Of a stretch of 64,000 nt of DNA, positions 9,915-19,900 are shown piece by piece; within the stretch, counting starts at the first letter, position 1; each line of letters opens with the position of its first letter. Source of the DNA: Bacteroidia bacterium (GTDB lineage Bacteria > Bacteroidota > Bacteroidia > Flavobacteriales_D > JAUILH01); assembly GCA_030433115.1 (NCBI GenBank), contig JAUILH010000006.1:1691-65690 (forward strand), in the 5' to 3' direction. Both the position numbers and the translations under genes were made by a program. A model generated the notes under the pieces. It ran no database searches and had not been told where the DNA came from. It worked only from the letters and a program-made list of their open reading frames with translations.

Positions 9915-10770
9915 AAATAATGACTCCAAATGAAACAACCCAAAGTACAATTACAAGCTGAAGTAGCCGATCGTCATAAAGAACCTGTGTGGGCTTCCCG
10001 GAAACGTTCTTTTTGTAGATAAGCCAGTAATACCTCAATAAGCCGAGGGCGACGAAAATAGTCGTAATAGGCACCATATTTCCTATTCTATCTTGAATGG
10101 AAGACGAGAGCGTATACAGCAAGTAGAACAACAAGGTTAAAAAAGAACTGATAACAATACCAACATTGATCATGGGCATTGAATATAAGCTGATAGATTT
10201 GCGTGTTTCTTTCCCTTCCAGCTGAAATAATAGGTAATCATGTCGTCTTTTTGCAAAAGCCAGAAACAAGGCAAGAAAAAATGTGACAATGATGATCCAG
10301 AAAGATAAGGGGACATCTGCCACCATACCACCACTGATAATTCTGATGATAAAGCCAATCGAGATGATCATGACGTCCAATACAGGGAAGTTCTTAAGTC
10401 CGGCAGAATAAGCCAGGTTGATGCCAAAGTAGCCCAGTAGAATCATGGCAAACTTTATATTGATAATTCCTCCCAGCAGAATCGCGGCCCCAAGAAATAG
10501 CAACACAAGCTTAAAGACTTTCTCCGAACCAATTTTTCCGGATGCAATGGGTCGATTTTTCTTTTCCGGATGCAAACGATCAACCGGAGCATCAAACCAG
10601 TCGTTCATAATGTATACAGAGCTGGCTGCTAAAGAGAAAGCAAAAAACCCTCCAATCAAACTTAGAATCAGTGAAACCTCCCACTCTACTGAAGCAAAGA
10701 ATGCCGGAAAAAACATAAAACCGTTTTTAATCCACTGTTTAGGCCGTATGAGTGTAATGAGGTCCTTCAA
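9904..10770 (-). CDS. UbiA-family prenyltransferase, decaprenyl-phosphate phosphoribosyltransferase-like
   Basis: 288 aa polytopic protein with N-terminal LIRPKQWIKNGFMFFPAFFA and the Asp-rich motif NDWFDAPVDRLHPEKKNRP. Confidence 0.85.
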   Translation of the reverse strand: MKDLITLIRPKQWIKNGFMFFPAFFASVEWEVSLILSLIGGFFAFSLAASSVYIMNDWFDAPVDRLHPEKKNRPIASGKIGSEKVFKLVLLFLGAAILLGGIINIKFAMILLGYFGINLAYSAGLKNFPVLDVMIISIGFIIRIISGGMVADVPLSFWIIIVTFFLALFLAFAKRRHDYLLFQLEGKETRKSISLYSMPMINVGIVISSFLTLLFYLLYTLSSSIQDRIGNMVPITTIFVALGLLRYYWLIYKKNVSGKPTQVLYDDRLLQLVIVLWVVSFGVIIYGG

Positions 10771-12450
10771 TTAGTTCACTTCAATGGTGTAAAAATAGGA
10801 ATTGCGACTCGGGAAATAAATTACCCCACTAATTCCACACGAAAGTAAGTATTTGCCCGATTTGTCAGGTGTCGGAATGCGAAGATTTAATGTAGAATCC
10901 AATAAACGCTCACTCATATTTATGTTTGGGAAGTGGGTTAGCACAACTTTCTTTTCCTGAATCCATGTAAACGCTAAATTGGGAGTGATATTATCTCGTG
11001 GCGACCAATCATGCTTATGTTCGGGCATTTGGTTGGTAATTTTTAGTTTAATGTCGAGACTATCGGAGACGCTGGTTTCATCCGGCGTTACCATATCCAT
11101 CCAAATAAACTGATAAGATCTGAAATCCGGAATGTACCTGAAACAAATAGGATCTCCTTCATAGTCGAAAAATTCATGACAGTCATTTGAATTTTGCCCA
11201 ACCTCCAAAACGGTTTGTCCATCGAACTCGAATGACCAGTCCATTATATCAAATTGATTACCTCTGTAAAAGCTGGTGTTTAAAGAATGTGACTGATCGC
11301 CAGAATAGAACATATACAAGGCAGGATCTTGATAGGAGTCCAGAAAAACCACAGGTCTTCCAGATGCCCGCTTTTGAATAGTAAGTGCCCAGTCTTTATA
11401 ATAGGCATACTTAAAGTTGAGGTCGACCTTGTTTTTGAATTGGCCTGCTATCAATTCGACCCGAATAAATAAAATACAAAGAATTGGCAAAGCTGAAACG
11501 AGTACAACTTTTTTGAAACGGATGTTTTCTATGGGTTTATAAAATACGATAAGCAATGGGGCGTAGATGAGTGCGCTCCAGTTGGCTTCAACTTGGTTTC
11601 TGAACGACAAGATCAAGAGAAAACCTAAGAAGGAGACAATAAATCTAAATAAGGTTATTTGAAATGAATCCAGGCATGTCCGTTTCCACCCAGAACCGGG
11701 AAGCAATGACAACAATGGAATTAGCAACAAGAACTGCCCGCCGATAAAATATACGATCCATATGGGGTTATAATCAACTAGGTCCCGATTAAACAAGTGG
11801 AAACGAAAACTCACCCAATCGTGTTCGTATTGCCAGATGAGATGTGGTAAAAACAAGACTAAGGCAAAAACAGGAATGAGGTAAAAAAGAAGTTCTTTGT
11901 GGTGTTTTTTGAGGAGCAGAAGGAAAAAGATTCCAAGAAACACAAGGGCGTGATACTTGCTATAAAGCATGCAAGCCGCAATCAAACTCAAGCTTATAAC
12001 TTGCTTAGGTTTAATCCTGTCTTTGACTTTAGACAGTTGTAGTAAAAACAGGCATGAAAAGAAGATCAAAGGAGCATCCGGAACGGCCAGCAAAGAACCA
12101 GCATGAATTAGGAAAAGCGAACCACACACCAAGGCGAACACCATAGGTTTTTTGGCTTTACAGAGGTGATAAATAATGCCCAGATTGATCATGTGGGTGA
12201 GTACAACCAGCAGGCGAACACCCAATTCATTTTGGAAAATGGAATAACCAAATTTTATGAAGATAGCGACCATGGGTGGTTGCTCAAAGTAGCCCCAGCT
12301 GAGCTCTTTCGTGTAGAGCCAATACAGTGCCTCATCTGGATGCAGCTCTGTGAAATAAGCTTGAAAAAGACAAATGATTAGCCACAGACCTGCGATCAGC
12401 CAAAGCTGCTTTTTGTGTAATGAGCTATTTTCTTCTAGTGTTGTCGGCAT
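10771..12450 (-). CDS. GT-C fold glycosyltransferase (family 39 / ArnT-PMT_2-like) with a soluble C-terminal domain
   Basis: N-terminal motif HPDEALYWLYTKELSWGYFEQPPMV and about 10 TM segments. The stop abuts the UbiA start. ATG at 12450 (MPTTLEENSS) is preferred over TTG at 12459. Confidence 0.8.
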   Translation of the reverse strand: MPTTLEENSSLHKKQLWLIAGLWLIICLFQAYFTELHPDEALYWLYTKELSWGYFEQPPMVAIFIKFGYSIFQNELGVRLLVVLTHMINLGIIYHLCKAKKPMVFALVCGSLFLIHAGSLLAVPDAPLIFFSCLFLLQLSKVKDRIKPKQVISLSLIAACMLYSKYHALVFLGIFFLLLLKKHHKELLFYLIPVFALVLFLPHLIWQYEHDWVSFRFHLFNRDLVDYNPIWIVYFIGGQFLLLIPLLSLLPGSGWKRTCLDSFQITLFRFIVSFLGFLLILSFRNQVEANWSALIYAPLLIVFYKPIENIRFKKVVLVSALPILCILFIRVELIAGQFKNKVDLNFKYAYYKDWALTIQKRASGRPVVFLDSYQDPALYMFYSGDQSHSLNTSFYRGNQFDIMDWSFEFDGQTVLEVGQNSNDCHEFFDYEGDPICFRYIPDFRSYQFIWMDMVTPDETSVSDSLDIKLKITNQMPEHKHDWSPRDNITPNLAFTWIQEKKVVLTHFPNINMSERLLDSTLNLRIPTPDKSGKYLLSCGISGVIYFPSRNSYFYTIEVN

Positions 12451-12490
12451 AAAAAACAAAAGTCCCGACCTTGTTTTGGATCGGGACTTT
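12451..12490 (-). terminator. Rho-independent terminator downstream of tRNA-Cys
   Basis: On the minus strand: AAAGTCCCGA-loop(12 nt)-TCGGGACTTT followed by TGTTTTTT. It lies directly 3' of the tRNA. Confidence 0.6.
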
Positions 12491-12492
12491 AA

Positions 12493-12566
12493 TGGAGGTC
12501 TCGAGCGGATTCGAACCGCTGTAGATGGTTTTGCAGACCACTGCCTAGCCGCTCGGCCACGAGACC
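12493..12566 (-). tRNA. tRNA-Cys (anticodon GCA), CCA encoded
   Basis: The reverse complement is GGTCTCGTGGCCGAGCGGCTAGGCAGTGGTCTGCAAAACCATCTACAGCGGTTCGAATCCGCTCGAGACCTCCA. It has a 7-bp acceptor stem, anticodon loop CTGCAAA, T-loop TTCGAAT and discriminator U73, which is typical of tRNA-Cys. Confidence 0.92.
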
Positions 12567-12642
12567 CTAATTGCCTGTTTCCACGTTAGGAATGTCAATC
12601 GGCGGATGGCAAATTTAATATAATTCTAAAAACTACGCCTGT

Positions 12643-13002
12643 TTACTTAAAGGATTCTTCCCAAACCATGGCAACATGCCCTACTTCTCCCCCAATGGGC
12701 GCATTGTGTTTTTTGAGGACCAGCCGCATGGATTCGATTCCCGGAAATTCCTGCTTTAGGCTATCTGCCATTCTTTTGATCACGGTTTCAATGAGCTTGG
12801 CACGTGTTTTAATCTCTTGTTCAACGAGCTCTCTCACCCTCACATAATCAATGGTTTTGTTTAAATCATCGGTGAGAGCAGATTCCGTGTAATCGTATTC
12901 CAATGACACATCTGCTTCAAACCAGGTGCCCACCAGCGCTTCCTCATCTAAGCAGCCATGGTAGCCATACACCTTAATGCCATTAACCTCTATGCGCTTC
13001 AT
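12643..13002 (-). CDS. folB: Dihydroneopterin aldolase
   Basis: 119 aa with YGYHGCLDEE near the N-terminus and DDLNKTIDY, the typical FolB pattern. It overlaps gltX by 4 nt. Confidence 0.85.
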   Translation of the reverse strand: MKRIEVNGIKVYGYHGCLDEEALVGTWFEADVSLEYDYTESALTDDLNKTIDYVRVRELVEQEIKTRAKLIETVIKRMADSLKQEFPGIESMRLVLKKHNAPIGGEVGHVAMVWEESFK

Positions 13003-14561
13003 TGAGCGGATGCTTTGAGTGCAGAAATGGCCTTTACGCCACTTTGAATTCTTTGAATGACGGCTTCTTTTCCGAGCACTTCACAAATCTCAAACATGGA
13101 GGGTCCTGCACCTTTACCGCTTACCAACACCCTGAAATTAGGGAGCACACGACCAAGACCTAGTTCCTTGGTTTCTAAAAACGATTTGAATTGAGCCTCA
13201 ATATTAACAGCATTAAATGGGTCGATGGTCGATAAAACCTCCGCCAGGCCTGTCATGACTTCAGCGGTGTCATCTTTCCATTTTTTTCTAACGGTTTTTT
13301 CGTCGTAAGACTGAGGAGCTTTAAAGAAAAATTGTCCCTCAGCCCAAATGTCTTTAACAAAAGTAGCACGCTCCTTAATGAGTCCGCAAACAGCTTCCAC
13401 ATAAGATGTTTCACGTGAAACAGAGTTGGCGTCAAGAGTTGGCTTGATCAATTCAGCTAACTCTGAATTACTCTTGGACCTCAAATACTGCTGGTTGAAC
13501 CACTTGGTTTTATCGTGGTCGAACTTGGAGCCGCTCTTCCCTACCCTATCCAGAGAAAATGCTTTTACCAACTCTTCCAGAGAGAAGATCTCCTGATTGG
13601 TTCCCGGGTTCCATCCCAGCATGGCAAGCATGTTAATGAATGCTTCCGGAAAATAGCCGTCTTCTCTGTAGCCACTAAAAGTTTCATCAGAATTTGGAAC
13701 TTTCCACTCTGTAGGGAAAACAGAGAAACCAAGTCTGTCACCATCTCGTTTACTCAACTTTCCTTTGCCGTCAGGACGCAACAACAATGGCAGATGTGCA
13801 AACTTAGGTGCTTCCCAACCCAAAAATTCGTATAACAAAACATGCAAAGGCGCAGAAGGCAACCACTCTTCTCCCCTAATCACGTGAGAAATTTCCATAT
13901 GGTGGTCGTCAACTACATTAGCCATATGATATGTCGGCAGTCCGTCAGATTTGAATAAAACTTTGTCGTCCAAATTATTGGTGTTAACCACAACCCAACC
14001 TCTGATTTCGTCATGAAAACGAACCTCATGATTTCTTGGCATTTTTGCGCGGATCACATAAGGGTCGCCATTATCCAGTCTTTGCCTGACCTCATCCTCA
14101 GACAAACTCAAGGAGTTTTTCATGGATGAACGTGTGATGTGATTATATTGCCACCCTGGGAGGCCAGCTTTTTTAGCTGCTTCACGGGCATTTTCTAAAT
14201 CTTCGGAAGTATCAAATGCATAGTAGGCATGTTCGGAAGCCAACAACTTGTCTGCATATGGCTTGTAAATGTCATTTCTCTGAGACTGAACATACGGACC
14301 AAAATCTCCGCCCAACTGAGGGCTTTCATCCGGAGTAATGCCACACCAGTTAAGGGCATCTACAATGTATGCCTCTGCCCCCTCTACGAAACGGGTTTGA
14401 TCTGTGTCTTCCACCCTTAAAATGAAAGCACCACCATGTTTTTTGGCAAATAAATAGTTATACAGGGCTGTTCTTACCCCACCCATATGAAGAGGTCCAG
14501 TTGGACTTGGCGCAAAACGTACGCGTACAGATGTGTGATCCATGAGAAAAAATTTTGCCAA
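12999..14561 (-). CDS. gltX: Glutamate--tRNA ligase
   Basis: VRVRFAPSPTGPLHMGGVRTALYNY (HIGH-type motif) and KLSKR (KMSKS-type motif). The true start may be the internal M at 14543 (MDHTSVRVRF). Confidence 0.95.
   Translation of the reverse strand: MAKFFLMDHTSVRVRFAPSPTGPLHMGGVRTALYNYLFAKKHGGAFILRVEDTDQTRFVEGAEAYIVDALNWCGITPDESPQLGGDFGPYVQSQRNDIYKPYADKLLASEHAYYAFDTSEDLENAREAAKKAGLPGWQYNHITRSSMKNSLSLSEDEVRQRLDNGDPYVIRAKMPRNHEVRFHDEIRGWVVVNTNNLDDKVLFKSDGLPTYHMANVVDDHHMEISHVIRGEEWLPSAPLHVLLYEFLGWEAPKFAHLPLLLRPDGKGKLSKRDGDRLGFSVFPTEWKVPNSDETFSGYREDGYFPEAFINMLAMLGWNPGTNQEIFSLEELVKAFSLDRVGKSGSKFDHDKTKWFNQQYLRSKSNSELAELIKPTLDANSVSRETSYVEAVCGLIKERATFVKDIWAEGQFFFKAPQSYDEKTVRKKWKDDTAEVMTGLAEVLSTIDPFNAVNIEAQFKSFLETKELGLGRVLPNFRVLVSGKGAGPSMFEICEVLGKEAVIQRIQSGVKAISALKASAQ
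13407..13422. repeat. 16-bp perfect palindrome TGTTTCACGTGAAACA (inside gltX)
   Basis: Read directly from the sequence. On the minus strand it encodes VSRET in gltX. Confidence 0.9.
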
Positions 14562-14656
14562 AGATAGACATACAGGATTTATATGAGCAGGTTGGGCAAC
14601 AAAAAACCCCCACCCTTTGAGGCAGAGGTTCTATTAATATGATGAGATTAATGTAT

Positions 14657-15085
14657 TTATTTCGTCATGGTTACATCAACAGCATCTCCATCTGCATCAG
14701 TTCCATTAAACTTAAATGTGCTTTTGTCCGATTCGGTTATCGTAGCACCTGTGATATCCGTGAAATCTTCACTTGCAAAATCGATATTTAGCTTTGTTCC
14801 TTTTTCATAAATTTTATAAGTAAAAGAACTGCTTGAAGTGCCAACTCCTGTTATTGTAACAGTAGCCGAGCCTCCACAATCTTCTTTTTTAACCTTGCAG
14901 TTTTCAAAAGTGTATGTAGACGAAACGCCAGACTGAACTTGTTCCACGTTATTCACCTTAAAACTGGTCACATTCCAGGTTCCTTCATCTAAGTTCTTAA
15001 CTACTTTCTGATCTTTGTTACAAGAGCTTAGTAACAAGCCTCCAGCAATAAAGGCAATAGATAAAAATCCTTTAAATAATTTCAT
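14657..15085 (-). CDS. Small lipoprotein, lipocalin-like (function unknown)
   Basis: Lipoprotein signal peptide ...GGLLLSSCNKDQ and a 142-aa beta-rich sequence. Confidence 0.5.
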   Translation of the reverse strand: MKLFKGFLSIAFIAGGLLLSSCNKDQKVVKNLDEGTWNVTSFKVNNVEQVQSGVSSTYTFENCKVKKEDCGGSATVTITGVGTSSSSFTYKIYEKGTKLNIDFASEDFTDITGATITESDKSTFKFNGTDADGDAVDVTMTK

Positions 15086-15155
15086 TTGATTTAGTTTTTA
15101 ATTACATCAAGTATTGATGTTTAAATAGAGCCAATGGTTGCATTGTCGTAAAAAC

Positions 15156-16841
15156 TTATCGCTTGCTAATTGGGTAGGTTTTGAAGCCTTTTTGCGTGTA
15201 AATAGACACAAAGTAGTATCCGGAGCTTAGGTTAGATAAATCAACTCTGTTGTTTAAGACCTGAATTTCTCCATCAATCAGAAGTCGCCCCTGCTCATCA
15301 TGTATGTAATAAAGTCCGTTTACAAGGTGTTCATTCGCATCAATGTATAAAGTGGTATTCACCGGATTAGGATACACATTTACGCCCTCAAAAACGGCTT
15401 CATTGACACCAACAAAGCTCACGTTTTCACAATGTTGATTCGTACATCCATTACTGTAAGTTACATCTAAACAGGTGTTAAATGGTCCTGCCCCAGGAAA
15501 CGTGTAGGTAGGTGTTTGTTGAGTAGAAGTACCCGTACCATCACCAAAATCCCAGGCATAGTTAGTAGCTACAGGCGCCCCTTGAAATTCTGTTTGTGTG
15601 CCCCCAAAATTGTTTAAAGTGAAAACTGGAATTGGGTTAGGTAAGAATGTCAGTATGACTTCCGTACCTGGACTTTCACATCCGTTCACCGTTTCAGTCA
15701 CGTATACGGTGTCCCCTAGTATAATTCCGGAGCTAAACGGACTTCCTGTTCCCAGAACTGTGTTGAGCCCCATATCGTCATACCATATAAAATTAGACCC
15801 GGAACCAGAGGCTGTTAAGTCGAGGGCTGGTGTGTACTCGCAAACTGGTGTCGGAGGTGTTGAGTTGGGGGCTGCCGGAATTGCGAAAATGTCGATTGAA
15901 TGCGTCACATTGTCGGTGCAAAAGCCCGTCCACATAAAAATGGTATCTGTTAAAGTAACATTGTAGGTGCCTGGTGCAGCAAAGGTGTTGTTGCCGTCTT
16001 CCTGATAAGCGCTTGAATTACCATCTCCATATTCCCAATGGTAGCTAATTGGATTTCCAAAGAACACATCCTGATTGTAGAATTTACTCTTAATAGGACC
16101 TGATGATGTGTTGTCAAAATTGACAGGAATACCTACACAGCCAGTACCAGGGTTTGAGAACTTGGCATCCATGGTATAGCTTACAAAGGGCTCCATCACA
16201 AAATCAAAATCGCCAAGAGCCCACAGACTTAGATTTTTTCTCCAGGTGTTGATGGGCTCATAGTAACTAGCAGATAACCCTTGCCCTGCCCCGTCATTGT
16301 TGTCTTCATCATTACTTGCCAAGAAGAGATAATCTGTATTCGGGTTTTCAATAATCAGCGCATAATTAGAATTTAAAACAACCGGACTTGAGAAGACCAC
16401 ATCTCTCTGAGAATTCGCCTGAATGGCATCCACACTGATGATTTCTGTTGCAAGTGCACTGCCTGTTGGCAAGGAATCTGAGCCAAGCTCATAAATTGAA
16501 CAGGTAATGTTGAGCACTGGACTGGTCATGCCTGAAGGGTCAAAACTATACCCGTACCACCTAAAGCCATGAACAGTCACGGGGACTCCGGAATTGGCCG
16601 TAAACATTTGGGATGCTCTAGACGAATACGAGCCATCACTGTATAAAATTTTTGTTTCCGAATTAGATGTTTTGGCCTGAACGTAGGTCACAGTATCTAC
16701 GTCACAATTAACAATTGCCCGACTATTTTCATGATCTTTTATTGGCCAGTTAATAGTTTGATTAACAGTTTTTAAAGGAACTTGAGCAACCCCTAAAAAG
16801 GCACTCAATAAAACAGAAGCACTAAGCAGTAATTGTTTCAT
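15156..16841 (-). CDS. Secreted PKD-domain protein with a T9SS type-A C-terminal sorting domain
   Basis: Signal peptide MKQLLLSASVLLSAFLGVAQ (ATG at 16841 preferred over the ORF-track start at 16979). Two PKD motifs (WEYGDGNSS.., WDFGDGTGTS..). C-terminus VYPNPVNTTLYID...YFVSIYTQKG is typical of a T9SS CTD. Confidence 0.75.
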   Translation of the reverse strand: MKQLLLSASVLLSAFLGVAQVPLKTVNQTINWPIKDHENSRAIVNCDVDTVTYVQAKTSNSETKILYSDGSYSSRASQMFTANSGVPVTVHGFRWYGYSFDPSGMTSPVLNITCSIYELGSDSLPTGSALATEIISVDAIQANSQRDVVFSSPVVLNSNYALIIENPNTDYLFLASNDEDNNDGAGQGLSASYYEPINTWRKNLSLWALGDFDFVMEPFVSYTMDAKFSNPGTGCVGIPVNFDNTSSGPIKSKFYNQDVFFGNPISYHWEYGDGNSSAYQEDGNNTFAAPGTYNVTLTDTIFMWTGFCTDNVTHSIDIFAIPAAPNSTPPTPVCEYTPALDLTASGSGSNFIWYDDMGLNTVLGTGSPFSSGIILGDTVYVTETVNGCESPGTEVILTFLPNPIPVFTLNNFGGTQTEFQGAPVATNYAWDFGDGTGTSTQQTPTYTFPGAGPFNTCLDVTYSNGCTNQHCENVSFVGVNEAVFEGVNVYPNPVNTTLYIDANEHLVNGLYYIHDEQGRLLIDGEIQVLNNRVDLSNLSSGYYFVSIYTQKGFKTYPISKR

Positions 16842-16997
16842 AAAAGCAACAAATTTTGACTTGTTACTACGTAATATGTGATGAAAGGTTTTGTTCTTAG
16901 TCCACACTTGTGGTATTTTTACATAGAAAGTTCGCAACAAAGCGCTCGAAATGTGCGTTAAACTGAACACAAGACACAATAAGGTGTAATACTAAAC

Positions 16998-19900
16998 ATG
17001 ACCCACTCTTACAAAGCACTCATATCAAAACTGGATGGCTTTATTCGGAAATTCTACAAAAATGAATTGCTGAAAGGCCTGATCTTATTTCTGGCATTAG
17101 GTCTGGCTCTTTATTTAAGCATCATTGGTCTGGAAGCAATAGGTCGATTTGGCTCAACAACCAGATCGGTATTGTTTTATGGCTTTGTGATTGGTTTCGG
17201 GTTTTTATTGGTGAGGTATATTCTTACCCCACTATTCAAGTTGTATAAGATTGGAAAAACCATTGACCACACCCAGGCGGCCCAAATTCTAGGAAGACAT
17301 TTTCCGGAAGTCGGCGACAAACTCATTAACACACTTCAGCTTAAAAAAGATGCTGAGAACAGCAATAATGATCTGTTACTGGCGGGCATTGATAAAAGGG
17401 TAAGCTCACTGTCTCCGGTTCCATTTAACAACGCGGTAGACTACAAGGAAAACAGAAGGTACGCCAAGTTCGTCCTGGTGCCTTTGTCTGTATTGATTGT
17501 TTTACTGTTTGTGAACGCCAAATGGGTAACTGAGCCAACAGACCGCATTGTGAATTACGACAATGAATACACGCCTCCTCCACCCTACGAAATTGTTCTT
17601 GAGAACGAAAAGCTATCTGTTGTAGAACAGGAAGAAGTGGTGCTCAAGGTACGGGTAAACGGAAATGAGGTGCCTCCGAGTATCTCCGTGATTAAAAATG
17701 GCAGCAAGTACCGAATGAAGAAGGTCTCAAACCGAGAGTATATCTACAAGATGAGAGCTGATGGCGATACCAGACTCAGGTTTACTTCTGGAGATATTGA
17801 CAGTAAGCAATACACATTGAAGGTGCTGCCCAGACCGAGTATTGAAGAGTTTACTTTGGAGCTCGATTATCCGGATTACACCGGAATTAGTGATCAAAAA
17901 CTAAAAAGCATAGGAGACCTTAACATTCCTGAAGGAACTATTGTTAAATGGACCTTTAACACCAAAAATGTATCAAAGGTGTACATGAATTCCCAAGTAA
18001 TAGATACTGTGCTTGCTGTGGATGTGATGGATGAAACTAGTTTGTCACGCCAATTATTTAATTCGGAACAGTATGTGGTGACTACGGAGAACCAACACCT
18101 GTCAAAAGCAGATTCGGCAGTATACTTTGTAGAAGTGAGTAAAGATGAGTATCCGGCTATTCGCGTTACAGAAGATAAGGACAGCACCAATGAACGCATG
18201 AGGTATTTCACAGGCAAAGTGTCGGATGACTATGGCATTAGAAATCTTATGATGTCCATTAATTACAGAAAAGGTGATAGAAAAGGGCAGAGCAAATCTT
18301 TTCCCGTACGCATCAGCGAGGGCGTTTTATCTGAGGATTTCATGCACTACATCAACTTTGATCAACTTGAGTTATTGCCAGGGGAAGAGATCAGTTACTA
18401 CTTTACTGTATGGGACAACGATGGCATCAATGGTAGTAAGAGTGCCAGCAGTGGTGCCCGAATTTTTGCCATGCCTACTGAAGACGAAATGGAAGACACG
18501 TATCACCAGAGTACGGAAAAAACCATGTCTGAGATGGAAAAAGCCATTAAAGAGGCTGCAGAGCTTAAAAAACAGATGAAGCAGATGCAAAATGAGTTGT
18601 CAAATTCTAAGAATATGAGCTGGCAGCAAAAACAGAAACTGGAGAACATGTTGGAGAAACAAATGAGTCTTCAGGAGAAAGTTGATGAGTTGAAAGAGCA
18701 GTTCAAAAAGAACAATGATGAGCAGGAGAAGTATAAAGAGCTAGATCCTGAGGATGAGGAGAAGAGAGAGAAACTTGAAGAATTGATGGAGGAGCTCTTC
18801 ACACCAGAGATGAAAGAGATGCTTAAAGAACTCCAGGAGTTGATGAAAGAGTTGAACAAGGATAAGATTCAGCAAAACCTGGAAGAAATGAATCTCGAGA
18901 ATGAGAACCTTGAGAAAACCCTGGAACAGGCGCTTGAGCACATGAAGCAACTTCAATTTCAGGAAAAGCTAAAGGATTTGGTTGAAGATTCGAAAGAATT
19001 GGCAGAGAAGCAGAAGGAATTGGCGGACAAAATGGAAGATAAAGCCATTTCTAAGGAAGACGCTCAGAAGGAGCAGGAAGCAATTGACAAGGAAATGGAG
19101 GAGCTCGATGATAAAATGCAAGAGCTTCAGGAAAAGAACGATGACTTAGGCAAGAAACACGACCTGGGTCAGGCAAAAGAGGAACAGAAAGCCTCAGAAG
19201 ACGCTCAAAAAGAGTCCCAGGAACAAATGAAGAGCGGTAAAATGAAAAAGGCATCACAGTCGCAACAAAAGGCGGGTGATCAAATGCAAAAAATGTCTGA
19301 ATCTCTGGCAAGCATGCAAGCGCAAGCTCAGCAACAACAACAGGAAGAGGACATGGATGCCTTAAGACAGCTTCTGGAAAACCTCATTGAGATGTCCTTT
19401 TCTCAAGAAGACATCATGAATGACATTAAGAACCTGGCAGCGCACGATCCTAAGTACGTTGAGGTTGGAAGACAACAAAGAAAGATTAAAGATGATGCTC
19501 AAATCATAAAGGATTCATTATTTGCTTTGAGTAAACGCGTCATAGAGATCAAGCCCATTATTAATGAAGAAATCGGTCAGATTAATTACTACATGGACAA
19601 ATCTCTTGAAGACATAGGAGAACGCAGAACCAATGAGGCACGCTCTAAGCAGCAATTTATTATGAAGTCTACCAACAACCTGGCGCTCCTGCTTGATGAA
19701 GTCCTTAAGCAAATGCAGCAACAGCAAATGGCTCAATCGCAATCAGCAGGCTCTGGCTCGTGCATGAAGCCCGGCGCCGGTAAGAGCAAGCCCACCTCTA
19801 TCCCAAGCCTTAAGCAAATGCAAGAACAGCTGGGCAAGCAGCTTGAGAAGATGAAGAAAGGCATGAAAGACGGCAAAGGAGAGGAGGGTAAAGGCAAAAA

